The translations under genes and the position numbers were made by a program. From Veleropilina oligotropha (Eukaryota), in the NCBI GenBank assembly GCA_048128005.1, contig JBEUKZ010000038.1:124001-188000 (forward strand): a stretch of 64,000 bases of DNA, written 5' to 3'. Of the stretch, positions 37,403-47,841 are shown one piece after another. How positions within the stretch are numbered: position 1 is the stretch's first letter; every line of letters starts with the position of its first letter. The notes under the pieces were generated by a model. That model was not told the DNA's origin, ran no database searches, and was given only the letters and a program-made list of their open reading frames with translations.

Positions 37403-37789
37403 GCTGCGCCGATGGGACATATGGACCCGGCTGCAGTCGTCCCTGTCGCTGCCAGAACGGGGCCCTCTGCGACCACATCAGTGGCACGTGCGTCTGCACC
37501 GCGGGGTGGCGAACCATTCACTGCGACAAGGCATGTCCCGGCGGATTCTTCGGGCTGGAGTGCCAGGGAAGCTGTAACTGTGGCAACGGAGCGCAGTGCA
37601 ACCATGTGACCGGCGACTGCACCTGCGCCCCCGGATGGATGGGAAACCTGTGCTCCAAGACCTGCCCGGCCGGCATGTACGGAGCCGAGTGCAGAGACAC
37701 CTGCAAGTGCAAGAACGGAGCCACGTGCGACCCAGTGACGGGCAGCTGCATATGTCCTCCAGGCTGGAAGGGAGCACGCTGTGAAGAAG
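37403..37789 (+). CDS. MEGF6: MEGF6-like exon, three laminin-type EGF modules
   Basis: ctgcag|GC ... G|gtggac; 387 bp (3 x 129), phase 1-1. Confidence 0.92.
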
Positions 37790-38309
37790 GTGGACATTAT
37801 AATAGTGAAATATATATAACATAAGGGCGTGTCAGGTATTCAATTCACATGCAGTACTGGATTTTTTAGTCGAACAGAATATATGCAAGTAAATATAGGT
37901 ACGTAATTGATATTTGTAAATGGTGTGAATTTAACATTTTGGTAACCACATCTATTTTCCCTAGATTTTCATTCACTACTCTGGAGATGTTTACATCTAG
38001 AGAACTACCGTTCAATTGGATTATGAAATGAGTACCGTAACATGAGAGATTGTCACAATGTTCAGAATCGCTGCATAACTGCACCATATCCACAAACCTA
38101 TCATCATTTTCATAGAATGCACTTTTAGGCAAAATGATCAACAATGTCATCATGTTTGTATTGATTTATATAAATCAAGTTTATGATATACATTTATCGC
38201 ATTAGCATTTACTTTGAAATTTGCATATTATAAGGAAGATCAATCAGTTTTAAGTGACCATTTCTTTGTGGATGACATTTAATAAAAGTATGTTTGTGGA
38301 TATTTTCAG

Positions 38310-38438
38310 CATGTCCAGGGGGCTTCTATGGCAGTAATTGCCTGTATCGCTGCTTCTGCATGAATGAGGGATCATGTGACCATGTGTCTGGGACGTGCAA
38401 CTGTAGTTCTGGTTGGACTGGCTCTGCCTGCGAACAAG
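38310..38438 (+). CDS. MEGF6: MEGF6-like exon, laminin-type EGF
   Basis: ttttcag|CA ... G|gtacgt; 129 bp. Confidence 0.92.
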
Positions 38439-38788
38439 GTACGTATCAGGGTATAAACGTAACTTCCTAGTGTTATTAAAGATGCAGGGCAAAGAGGGAC
38501 ACATTTCCAATAATACCCAGGAAGAATGAAGACGTAAAATGGGACAATAAGCTGCAATTCAAACAAATGATGCTCCGCAAAACATGGCGTAACAACTGCT
38601 TCAATTATTACAAAGATCTTCCAGAAATTGAATCCACAACATCTGGTTATTAATCACTTTGCTACAACCGACCTATAATAATTAACAAGGCTAATGATAT
38701 TTTAAATAATAGAAAATGTTGTTTGAATTTAAACCATATGTGCATTAAATAATGTAAAATAATCCGTATTATTAATTATTGGTTACAG

Positions 38789-38917
38789 CATGCCAAATGA
38801 ACAGATATGGCAACAACTGCGAGATGACGTGCAACTGCTTCCACGGCGCTTCGTGCGATCGCCACACAGGGAAATGTAAATGTGAATCCGGATATATCGG
38901 TAGCCAGTGTCAGGATA
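38789..38917 (+). CDS. MEGF6: MEGF6-like exon, laminin-type EGF
   Basis: ttacag|CA ... A|gtatgt; 129 bp. Confidence 0.92.
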
Positions 38918-40555
38918 GTATGTATTATGATGGAATAATTATTGTAAACTAAAGGCAATTAGCAATGCCTTCCTATAGACGGTCCACATTTTCCCAATCG
39001 ATGAGTTACTCAGGCTGATTGATAGTAAATTTAAATAAATAAGCATAATTATTAAAATTCAGGTTTCCTATTGCAAGGCAAATTATTCATAAAAAGTTCA
39101 ACAGCGAAAATAATATAAATACCAGTGTCCAAGAAAGTTCATTAAATTTAAAGAGAATGAATTGATTAAACCAGGCTGTATTATTGATCATTTAGCGACT
39201 TTTCATTGCTTTCAGTTTACTTACCATTTAATGACAGTGTAAAAAGTTGCGACCAACGTGGTCGCAAATGCGCCAGACTATTTAAAATTGCGACTTGTCT
39301 TGGTGGAGCACTCGCTTTTTGCGAGCAATGCTAATTGTTGTAATTTTTCTATTAAAAGCATTCGTTGTGTCCTAAAATGCATTTCATTATCATTGTTTTC
39401 GAATTGACCACTTTTCATTACGACATGATCGTGTAACAGCATTTTTCGCATTACATGTCGATAAAATATGAAACTTTGAAAGACATTTGTTGAGCGGTAT
39501 TGCCAAAAATAGACAACATTCCGGGATTCCCCAGTGATGGACATCTCGATAGCCAATGAAAACGACAGAAATGAAATCCCGAACACAATCGGAAAACTTC
39601 GGTGTTCATGATAAAAAAGCGTAACCCTTGTCGCGCGTTTGGCCGTCCAATACTCTTGTTAATTAAATTATTACTTGGCATTGTTTACCGTGGTAAATTT
39701 ATTATTTTATCACCTTTGCCATAAGAAAGATTCGAGGCTGACGACAGTAAACGCAAAATACATCAAGCGCACGTGAACCGCAGTTGGGTTAATGAAAAAG
39801 CGGATCGGCGATAGGCGAGTGCATGAAAGATTTCGATCAGAAAAAAATGCGGAACGATAAAAATGACATATAATGCCGATAATTTTGGGGGTTGAGCTAA
39901 AAAATGTTAGGTTCCACTGGTTGCCGTAAAGAAGATAAATTTTGAATGGACAAAAATTAAATGAAAACTAATATTTGTAAATTCATAATATTGTAAGACA
40001 ATTTTCACAGATATATTTTTAATTTAATGTCGATAATGTTACACAAAAAATACACTGCAATTTATACTAAGAATATAAGTTAAAAAATACTGTTTTGCCA
40101 TATTTAAATAAGGGTGCTAAAATGAAACATTAAGAATCGACGCAAATCCAAACTAAACTGATTGAAAGCAAACTTAATGCAATTTAATGTGTACGATGTA
40201 TATTCATAAGGCATACTGACTGTGCATACTTTGACGATATAATATCATGAACAAACAAAATTATATTACAATTTTATTGTTCATATATTAAATTAATACA
40301 TATTTTACTGATACATATATATAAATAACACATGATGTACAAATTTAGTACCTGTATGCAGCATATGACCATCATTCCATATCTGGATCAACCTTATTTT
40401 AGGCCTATCTATAAAGCTGAAAATTAAGACGTGTAGAAATGTTTCATAAAATGCCCCTAAAAAATTTGAAATGCCCCTAACTTTTTTAAATTAGGAGCAA
40501 AATGCTCGTGGGTTAAAATTTAAACTTTTTACACTGAATGATATTGTTCTCCCAG

Positions 40556-40684
40556 AATGCCCTGCTGGCTTCTTTGGCGACGACTGCCTCGAGAGCTGTA
40601 CGTGCCAGAACAATGCCACCTGCGATCACCGTTCTGGCCAGTGCCACTGTACCGCAGGATGGAGGGGGCGGTACTGCGATAAAG
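40556..40684 (+). CDS. MEGF6: MEGF6-like exon, laminin-type EGF
   Basis: cccag|AA ... G|gtacag; 129 bp. Confidence 0.92.
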
Positions 40685-41181
40685 GTACAGGCGTAAAAGT
40701 TGACCTGGACAGTCGTGCTCACACATACTTAGAATTATTGTGATTTGATGAATATCGAATTAGCGTCTTTATTGCAAAGTTTATGAGGTGTATGAAACTG
40801 AATTTGAAATTGAAAATGTGTTTCTCTGTACAATACTGTTCAGTAATAATATAACATTCTTAGTAACACCCTCACATACTTTTGCGTAATTTTTACATTT
40901 ATGGAGAAATCGAATGAGTACTTTGATATGAATGATACATTCATGAATGGATTCCTAATTTCGGTGAACAAATTTTTTTTGATTGTGTACAACACCATAC
41001 GTTGCCATAGATATATAGATATAATCATTTCATATTGTGGATTCTATATTATAATTTCTTGTAAACATGAAATTATTAAAAGAACACTAATTTAAAATTT
41101 ATAAAAATAATTCAATTATGGAATTTTAATCTTGTATATTCAATTTTCTGTGCTCGTCAACTTGACCAGTTGTAATTTCAG

Positions 41182-41310
41182 CTTGCATGCCTGGACATTA
41201 TGGAGCGGAATGCAGAGGGACATGCAAATGCCAGAAAGGAAAGCCGTGCAACCACATCACGGGCGAGTGCCACTGTCCCGCCGGATACGAAGGGGACGCG
41301 TGTGATCAGC
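41182..41310 (+). CDS. MEGF6: MEGF6-like exon, laminin-type EGF
   Basis: ttcag|CT ... C|gtaagc; 129 bp. Confidence 0.92.
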
Positions 41311-42603
41311 GTAAGCATTGTATTGATTATTATCTTTTATGTTCAATCATGTTTGTGGTACGATTGGAATGGATTTCTTGTATATTCAGGTTCAGGGTTG
41401 GACATGTCTATAATAATAATGGACATTTTTATTGCGCCGTATCCGCCCACGAATGCACGCTCACAGCGCTATCACATAATTACCCCTGGTTATCAGCCTG
41501 TTCTCATCTAGAACCCCTCTCAAGTCTCTGAGAGCATTACAGTCAAGCTGCCACTGAGGGCGCTACGACTAATAATCACACCGACCAGGCACCCTGGATG
41601 AACTGAGACAAATATGTGATTATGTAGTTACAAACATACTTACGTCCTTACTCTTGCCATAATAGCTATATTATCGCTAACCGGAAACAGTGAATATGTC
41701 ACATCATGCACTATTTATAAGTCAAAACGTACCACGATTACCTCCCCTGCTACCCCTCTCCTACGTTCCCCCAGCGAGATCTCGCCAAGTCTCGCGCGAC
41801 TTCAGAACCGTCGAAGTCACAAGACCACAATTCAAAGTTTTCCGCGAAGACGGAAAGACGTGTTTTTTGCTCCGCAAATTTCGATCTTCGATTTTTTTGT
41901 TTAAAGTCGAGGACGCTTTAAAATACTTATTTTCGACAAGGAATTACACCCTTAGGATAATATAAGTTGGAATTAACAGTGTTGTGGATATCAAAACACT
42001 AGTGGATAAGAAGATTGTGATTTAAAGCTTCTAGAAGTTCTGAAATCAGTGAAACCGACATCGCCGCTGTTGCAGGGAAAAGCATGGCCGCTCAGAGGGG
42101 AAGTTTCGTGTAATAGAAGAAATTCTGGTCTGTATATTATCTGATATTGTTTGAGACTGCAAACAGGTAACTCATTGTATTGGATAATTCCTTAACAACG
42201 CTATTGCTGGTTATTATTATATAAAAATTCTAGCGTTGTTAAAAGGCAGGACTGTTCTGATATTCCTTTAAGTTATTCTGATATCCTGCCGTTTCTGGGA
42301 TAATACGCCATTGTACTAACATAAAAACATCCACGAGGTTTTTCAGGTGTTTTCTGGGCGGTTTTTTCGAAGAAAGAACCCCCGTTTGTTCTAGTCAATT
42401 TCCGGGCTACCGGGTCGTGTCGGGTAAATACCCGACCTCGGTGTTCCCAGTTCGGGGTTTTTGCGCTTTTGCGGTATATTGCTTGATCTTTGATCTTCAG
42501 ATCAGGGCAATTCTGTGAGTTGTCGTAGTAAAGTCACAACTACCTTACATATACCTAATTACCTACCCCGTCTACCCACTACCACCCTCCCGTGTATTTA
42601 GCT

Positions 42604-44856
42604 ATGGTCCGGTGCAGTAGCTCCGGGTGTAACCAGAAAATTCACGGATTTGATAGGCACAAGGAATGTTGTTCTCACCGTAAGTGTAGTATAAATCATC
42701 AGTGTGATCTGTGCTTTCTTTTATCAGATAAGCAGTGGGCGGTTCTGTCTCACCAGGGTAAGTCGACCAGGGCGACTGCCACGGTGGGTCCTCCCCCGGA
42801 GAAGGGTCAGGAAGAGACTGGTAAGTTAGGGGCTAATGTTTCTTCTTTGTCTGCTTCAGGGACGCTGGACGACAGCCGACATAAGGGGACGTCTGTCGCC
42901 GGATCCGCCGGCGAAACCTCCGCGACTCTTGGGGGAGTCACCGAAACTTTGCCGGTACCCCAGATTCAGGTAACGACCCGAGTGTCGACCGTTCCTCCTC
43001 AACCGGGCCTAGTAACTGCAGTCAGCCATACCTTGCCGGCTAGCAAGGTATATATGACAGCGCAGCGAACAGCTGAACAGGGCAGACCATCCCCATCCTA
43101 TTCTTCGGCCTCGAAGAATAAGGGGACAGTTAGTCCTTCTGCGGGAAACTCACCGTCTTCTTACGGTGACAGACTCAATGCAGAGAAAGCCTTTAAAGAG
43201 GCCGGGCACCTACTTGTAGGTCTAAGACTCGGACAATCGGCGACACCTGAATCCTCGATCGAGACCGACGCGACTTCCCCTAGGGGTTTTCCGCTCAACC
43301 TCGAAGCTCACGAGACATTCAGAGGGCCCGGTCTCTCCCGTGCACCCATCGTGGTCACGCCAGAGAACGTGGACAGACCGGCTGCGTTCGGGACGGGGTT
43401 CTACGGCGGTTTTCCGACCGTGCCTCGATCGAACAGAGTGGTAGACCGATCGGAACTGTTGCCGCAGTTCTATCGGTCGTCCGGCCCACTGACTGCGCCT
43501 CCGGGCCAGTCCTTCGGGTTCGACCCCTCGACACGTGCCCTTGGACCCTGGTCCTCGGTACCACCTGTCTATGCAGCCCGCCTACCTAGCGCCACGGTTA
43601 CCTCGACCGAACTACCGGCTGTTAGTTCGACGCCCGTCCTGCCTCCGGGTTTCTCTTTTGAGAACGTCCAGGCATGGATCGCGGCGGGGATCGAGGAACG
43701 GTGTAAGGCCTGGCCGACGGCTCCCCAGCCGCACCAGGTACCTACACATCTGCCCATGGCGCAGAGCACGGCTCCTGCCTCAGTGATGGAGATCGACCCT
43801 CGTTCCGACGAGGACCTCGATTCCAATCATACCGACCTCCCTGAATCGGTCGGGCCCGAAGACGTTAGTCTTACAGGCACGCAGGAGCCGACCTCCTCCA
43901 CCCGCCGAAGGCTCGACGCCGTTGCGTCACTTCGCGGGGTGCTTGGCTTGTCGGAACCGACTCGGTCGGCTGTAGACATAGTCAAACACAGGACGGCAGC
44001 ACATCGGTTTGTTGCGAGGGAAGCCCCCGAGCTCCCCTCCTTACCTCAGTCCGGGTTGGTGGATCTGGTTGTAGACTCGATCACCAAGCTCGTTCAGGGG
44101 CGCAATCCGGTGGAGTCCTCCCCGCTGACCGAGTTCCCTGCGGGGTTCCGTAGTGGGAGGTACCTCCGGGCCAGTTCGCGAACGATCCCGTTCGCATGCA
44201 CTGGTCCGTGCCTGGCGACTGAGCCGGCTCATGTTGACGCTTCGTTGCGTCGACTGACCGCTAGTCACACTCCCTCCGTAGCGAAAGTTCCTTGGTCCGC
44301 CTTGGAAGCTTTCGAGAGCGCCGCCCGACGGGCTCTACGGCTATCGTCTGTCCAGGACTTCTTCTTGGATGGTGCGATAGCGGTACTACAGGAGAATGGA
44401 CCCGGCGCCCCCGAGGCTGCCCTGTCCTTCCTCCAGGAGGTTGCTGCCGCGCAGGAGACCAGCGCGTTGGAGACGGGACGTGTCCTGGGCAATGCACTCC
44501 TACTTCGTAGGGATGCTTGCCTGGAAGGTACCTCGCTGGACGAGCCCACCCGGCGCTCGTTGCGATGCGTACCTTGCTCGGCCACCACTCTCTTTGGTGA
44601 CAACTTTTCGGAGTTCGTTGACAAGAGAGCGGCGGATATGAAGGACCGTGCCATCGAGAAGGCAGTACTGCACCCCACCCGGGGTCCACCTGCCGACTCG
44701 AGGAAGCGCTCAGGGCCCACCCGGGCCCCGAAGCCTTCTAAGCGTGCAAAGCCCTCGTCTGGTGGTAGGCCTCCGGCCAATAAACCCACTCAGACGAAGC
44801 GAGCACCTCCAGCGAAATCCCGTAAGCAGAGCGGGAGAGGGAAGCCTCGGCCCTAG
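42604..44856 (+). CDS. DIRS copy 2 ORF1 gag-like protein
   Basis: ATG GTC CGG start shared by all copies; intact. Confidence 0.87.
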   Translation: MVRCSSSGCNQKIHGFDRHKECCSHRKCSINHQCDLCFLLSDKQWAVLSHQGKSTRATATVGPPPEKGQEETGKLGANVSSLSASGTLDDSRHKGTSVAGSAGETSATLGGVTETLPVPQIQVTTRVSTVPPQPGLVTAVSHTLPASKVYMTAQRTAEQGRPSPSYSSASKNKGTVSPSAGNSPSSYGDRLNAEKAFKEAGHLLVGLRLGQSATPESSIETDATSPRGFPLNLEAHETFRGPGLSRAPIVVTPENVDRPAAFGTGFYGGFPTVPRSNRVVDRSELLPQFYRSSGPLTAPPGQSFGFDPSTRALGPWSSVPPVYAARLPSATVTSTELPAVSSTPVLPPGFSFENVQAWIAAGIEERCKAWPTAPQPHQVPTHLPMAQSTAPASVMEIDPRSDEDLDSNHTDLPESVGPEDVSLTGTQEPTSSTRRRLDAVASLRGVLGLSEPTRSAVDIVKHRTAAHRFVAREAPELPSLPQSGLVDLVVDSITKLVQGRNPVESSPLTEFPAGFRSGRYLRASSRTIPFACTGPCLATEPAHVDASLRRLTASHTPSVAKVPWSALEAFESAARRALRLSSVQDFFLDGAIAVLQENGPGAPEAALSFLQEVAAAQETSALETGRVLGNALLLRRDACLEGTSLDEPTRRSLRCVPCSATTLFGDNFSEFVDKRAADMKDRAIEKAVLHPTRGPPADSRKRSGPTRAPKPSKRAKPSSGGRPPANKPTQTKRAPPAKSRKQSGRGKPRP

Positions 44857-46930
44857 GGCTGCCGGCATTTGCGACGGTCCCAGTTGCCCGCTTCCGCCGG
44901 TGGGAGCGTGCCTGTTAGCACACAGCCAGTCGTGGCTAGAACTGACAGGCAGCAACTGGGTCCACTTAGTCGTGAGTGCCGGATACAAGTTGGCATTCAA
45001 CCGGCATCCGACCTTAACCGAGGCACCACCAACAAGACACGCTCGCCTCCTAAACGGAGAGAAACAAGCGGTCTTAGACCAGGCAGTGCGGGATTTGCTC
45101 CTAAAAAGAGCGATATATCCCGCGCCGCCCAGCACACCAGGATTTTACAGCCATTTCTTCCTGGTCCCGAAACCCGATGGCCGCTGGAGACCGATCCTCG
45201 ATCTCTCGTATCTAAACAGATATCTTCGTACCGAGAAATTCCAGCAAGAAACCCTCTCGAAGATTCGAGCGGCCATCCGTCCGGGCGACTGGGCAGCGTC
45301 TATCGATCTGACCGACGCGTATCTGCATGTCCCGATGCATGTCACGGCTCATCAGTACCTTCGGTTTATACACGGGGAAACGATCTACCAATTCAGGTGC
45401 CTACCGTTCGGTCTATCGTCAGCCCCGTACGTTTTCACGAGAACAGTACAGGCCCTCGGGGCCTTCCTACACTCTCTAGGGCACAGGGTGCATATGTACC
45501 TCGACGACTGGCTGATCCTCGGGGCGTCCCGGGATCTGTGCCTCCGGTCTACGAGCTTTACCCTGTCATCGACGAAGCGCCTGGGATTTCAGATCAACGA
45601 GACAAAATCCTGCTTCGTGCCCTCGACAACGTTTACGTTCCTCGGAGTCGACTTCGATACGGTTCGGTACACCGCGAAGCCGACCCAGAAACGTATGCGG
45701 AACCTACGCGCGGTTATCCAAGACACCCGGTCAACGGACATAACTACGGCGCGACAACTGGCCACTGTCCTGGGGCACATCGAGTCGGTAGCGACCCTGC
45801 TACCGACGGGTCGCATGGACAAAAGACCGTTACAACAGGCGTTCAGGGATCGCTGGATACAACGGACGGGGCAGTGGACGGATCGCATCGATCTACGGCA
45901 TTGGTTTACCAACACAACAGCAGTGTGGTTGAACCCTGCTTTGCCGGACCAGTCGGTTCCTATATCCCCGCCAGAGCCGAACGCTTACCTGTTCACAGAC
46001 GCGTCGAACGACGGCTGGGGTGGTCACCTCGACAGTTACGAGACATCAGGCCTATGGCCGACGGACCTTCAGGGACGACATATCAACTTCCTAGAGTTAG
46101 AAGCCGTCTACCTGTCAGTACAGTCCCTCTCGTCACATCTCCGCAACAAGCACATAATGCTCGCCACGGACAACACGACTGTCGTCGCTTACATCCAGCA
46201 CCAGGGCGGCACTCGCTCGCGTCCCCTTTGCGACCGAGCAATAGACCTACACCGCTTAGTGATGTCCCTCAACTCGACGATTCGAGCCCGACACATCCCG
46301 GGAAAGCTGAATGTCAGAGCGGATTCGCTCTCTCGGAAATCACAGATTATACACACAGAGTGGACGCTACACAGCCGAGTAGCTCGGGATGTTTGCCGCC
46401 GGTGGTCGCAACCCCAAGTCGACTTGTTTGCAACAGAATTCAATTACCGACTACCTCTGTATGTCTCCCCGTACCCAGACCCGGCCGCCCTAGCGGTCGA
46501 CGCACTGTCAATGACATGGGAGAATCTGTCCGCGTATGCCTTCCCCCCGTCGTGCATTCTATCACTGGTATTACAGAAGGCAGCGACCGAACGTTGCGAG
46601 ATAACGCTAATAGCACCCCTATATCGCACGCAACCTTGGTTTCCGACCCTTCTCGATCTGATCGTCGATCGACCGTTAGCGTTACCGCAGAAACTAGACC
46701 TGTTAATGCAACCACGCACCCGTGTACTCCACGAATCGCCGAACGACTTACGTTTACACGCCTGGCGGTTATCGAACGATCCCTTGCTAAGAAAGGATTT
46801 TCTAAAGCTACAGCCCTACGTATCTACCGATCGAGACGGATTTCCACTACAAAAGTTTATGACTACCGATGGGTCAAGTACGTGGATTGGTGTCACAGCA
46901 GGCAGATCAATATACTCCGTCCCCCTGTGA
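44648..46930 (+). CDS. DIRS copy 2 RT-RNaseH-methyltransferase-like ORF (+1 frame relative to gag; true start unknown)
   Basis: YLDD RT, FTDAS RNase H, DLFA/AFPP methyltransferase-like motifs; no ATG upstream of the RT core. Confidence 0.93.
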   Translation: MPSRRQYCTPPGVHLPTRGSAQGPPGPRSLLSVQSPRLVVGLRPINPLRRSEHLQRNPVSRAGEGSLGPRAAGICDGPSCPLPPVGACLLAHSQSWLELTGSNWVHLVVSAGYKLAFNRHPTLTEAPPTRHARLLNGEKQAVLDQAVRDLLLKRAIYPAPPSTPGFYSHFFLVPKPDGRWRPILDLSYLNRYLRTEKFQQETLSKIRAAIRPGDWAASIDLTDAYLHVPMHVTAHQYLRFIHGETIYQFRCLPFGLSSAPYVFTRTVQALGAFLHSLGHRVHMYLDDWLILGASRDLCLRSTSFTLSSTKRLGFQINETKSCFVPSTTFTFLGVDFDTVRYTAKPTQKRMRNLRAVIQDTRSTDITTARQLATVLGHIESVATLLPTGRMDKRPLQQAFRDRWIQRTGQWTDRIDLRHWFTNTTAVWLNPALPDQSVPISPPEPNAYLFTDASNDGWGGHLDSYETSGLWPTDLQGRHINFLELEAVYLSVQSLSSHLRNKHIMLATDNTTVVAYIQHQGGTRSRPLCDRAIDLHRLVMSLNSTIRARHIPGKLNVRADSLSRKSQIIHTEWTLHSRVARDVCRRWSQPQVDLFATEFNYRLPLYVSPYPDPAALAVDALSMTWENLSAYAFPPSCILSLVLQKAATERCEITLIAPLYRTQPWFPTLLDLIVDRPLALPQKLDLLMQPRTRVLHESPNDLRLHAWRLSNDPLLRKDFLKLQPYVSTDRDGFPLQKFMTTDGSSTWIGVTAGRSIYSVPL

Positions 46931-47841
46931 ACAAGTTTATCGAGTTTTTAGCATCGCTCTTCGACCGCGGTATGTCAGTGTCCGCTGTCAAAGGCTATCG
47001 GGCAACGATCGCGACCACGCTAAAACAGTGTCGTGCCCATGCTGGCCTATCAAGCGACCGAACTATTTCGGATTTTATTCGATCTTACGAACTCGAGATA
47101 CCGACCCGGAAAATTAAGCCACCTGCCTGGAATATCGTATTAATTCTTAACGCATTACTCTTACCCCCGTATGAACCGATGTCCGAGATAACCATGAGGA
47201 ACTTGACGCACAAAACGGTTTTTCTGATCGCCTTAGCGTCGGGCAGGCGTTGTTCCGAGATTCATGCTTTCTCCGCCGAGCTACGGGATATACGATTCCA
47301 GTCAGACGGGTCGGTGATACTGCGTCCTATTCTGGGCTTTCTAGCCAAGAACCAACGGCCGACCGAGGATGCTCCCGAGGTTGTTATTCCGAAGTTAACG
47401 CTGGTCGGGAGGCACGATGCAGACCGCCTCAATTGCCCGGTACGGGCGCTTCGTTTCTACCTAGACAGAACCCGTGAATTGCGGACAGGAAAATTACGTT
47501 TATTCATATCGTATTTACCTACTTACACCCGCGACATTACGAGGACTACTGTTTCGCGGTGGATTTCACAAACTGTGAGGGATATTTACTCCCGCTGTGA
47601 ACACGAAGACCGAACTATTTTATCGGTCCGCGCACATGAAGTCCGGGCGATTGCGGCATCTGTAGCCTTCCGCCACAATTTAAATATCAATGCGTTACTT
47701 CAAGCCGGATATTGGAAAAACGCTAACGTGTTTGTAAAACATTATCTGCGAGACTATTCAACAGGTGCTGATGGGCTGAGCAGCCTACAGTGTGTTGCTG
47801 CCCAACGTTGTATTGTTAGACCAAGGTCTTCTAACCAGTAA
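44857..47841 (+). CDS. DIRS copy 2 tyrosine recombinase ORF (gag frame, overlaps most of RT ORF)
   Basis: Open from the gag TAG to 47841; YR motifs in the C-terminal ~350 aa. Confidence 0.9.
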   Translation, partial: GCRHLRRSQLPASAGGSVPVSTQPVVARTDRQQLGPLSRECRIQVGIQPASDLNRGTTNKTRSPPKRRETSGLRPGSAGFAPKKSDISRAAQHTRILQPFLPGPETRWPLETDPRSLVSKQISSYREIPARNPLEDSSGHPSGRLGSVYRSDRRVSACPDACHGSSVPSVYTRGNDLPIQVPTVRSIVSPVRFHENSTGPRGLPTLSRAQGAYVPRRLADPRGVPGSVPPVYELYPVIDEAPGISDQRDKILLRALDNVYVPRSRLRYGSVHREADPETYAEPTRGYPRHPVNGHNYGATTGHCPGAHRVGSDPATDGSHGQKTVTTGVQGSLDTTDGAVDGSHRSTALVYQHNSSVVEPCFAGPVGSYIPARAERLPVHRRVERRLGWSPRQLRDIRPMADGPSGTTYQLPRVRSRLPVSTVPLVTSPQQAHNARHGQHDCRRLHPAPGRHSLASPLRPSNRPTPLSDVPQLDDSSPTHPGKAECQSGFALSEITDYTHRVDATQPSSSGCLPPVVATPSRLVCNRIQLPTTSVCLPVPRPGRPSGRRTVNDMGESVRVCLPPVVHSITGITEGSDRTLRDNANSTPISHATLVSDPSRSDRRSTVSVTAETRPVNATTHPCTPRIAERLTFTRLAVIERSLAKKGFSKATALRIYRSRRISTTKVYDYRWVKYVDWCHSRQINILRPPVNKFIEFLASLFDRGMSVSAVKGYRATIATTLKQCRAHAGLSSDRTISDFIRSYELEIPTRKIKPPAWNIVLILNALLLPPYEPMSEITMRNLTHKTVFLIALASGRRCSEIHAFSAELRDIRFQSDGSVILRPILGFLAKNQRPTEDAPEVVIPKLTLVGRHDADRLNCPVRALRFYLDRTRELRTGKLRLFISYLPTYTRDITRTTVSRWISQTVRDIYSRCEHEDRTILSVRAHEVRAIAASVAFRHNLNINALLQAGYWKNANVFVKHYLRDYSTGADGLSSLQCVAAQRCIVRPRSSNQ

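Noticed and set aside
39170..40510. Possible non-autonomous DNA transposon (similar hints at 2460-3300, 15730-17500 and 63820-64000)
   Set aside because: Could not locate paired termini or TSDs.
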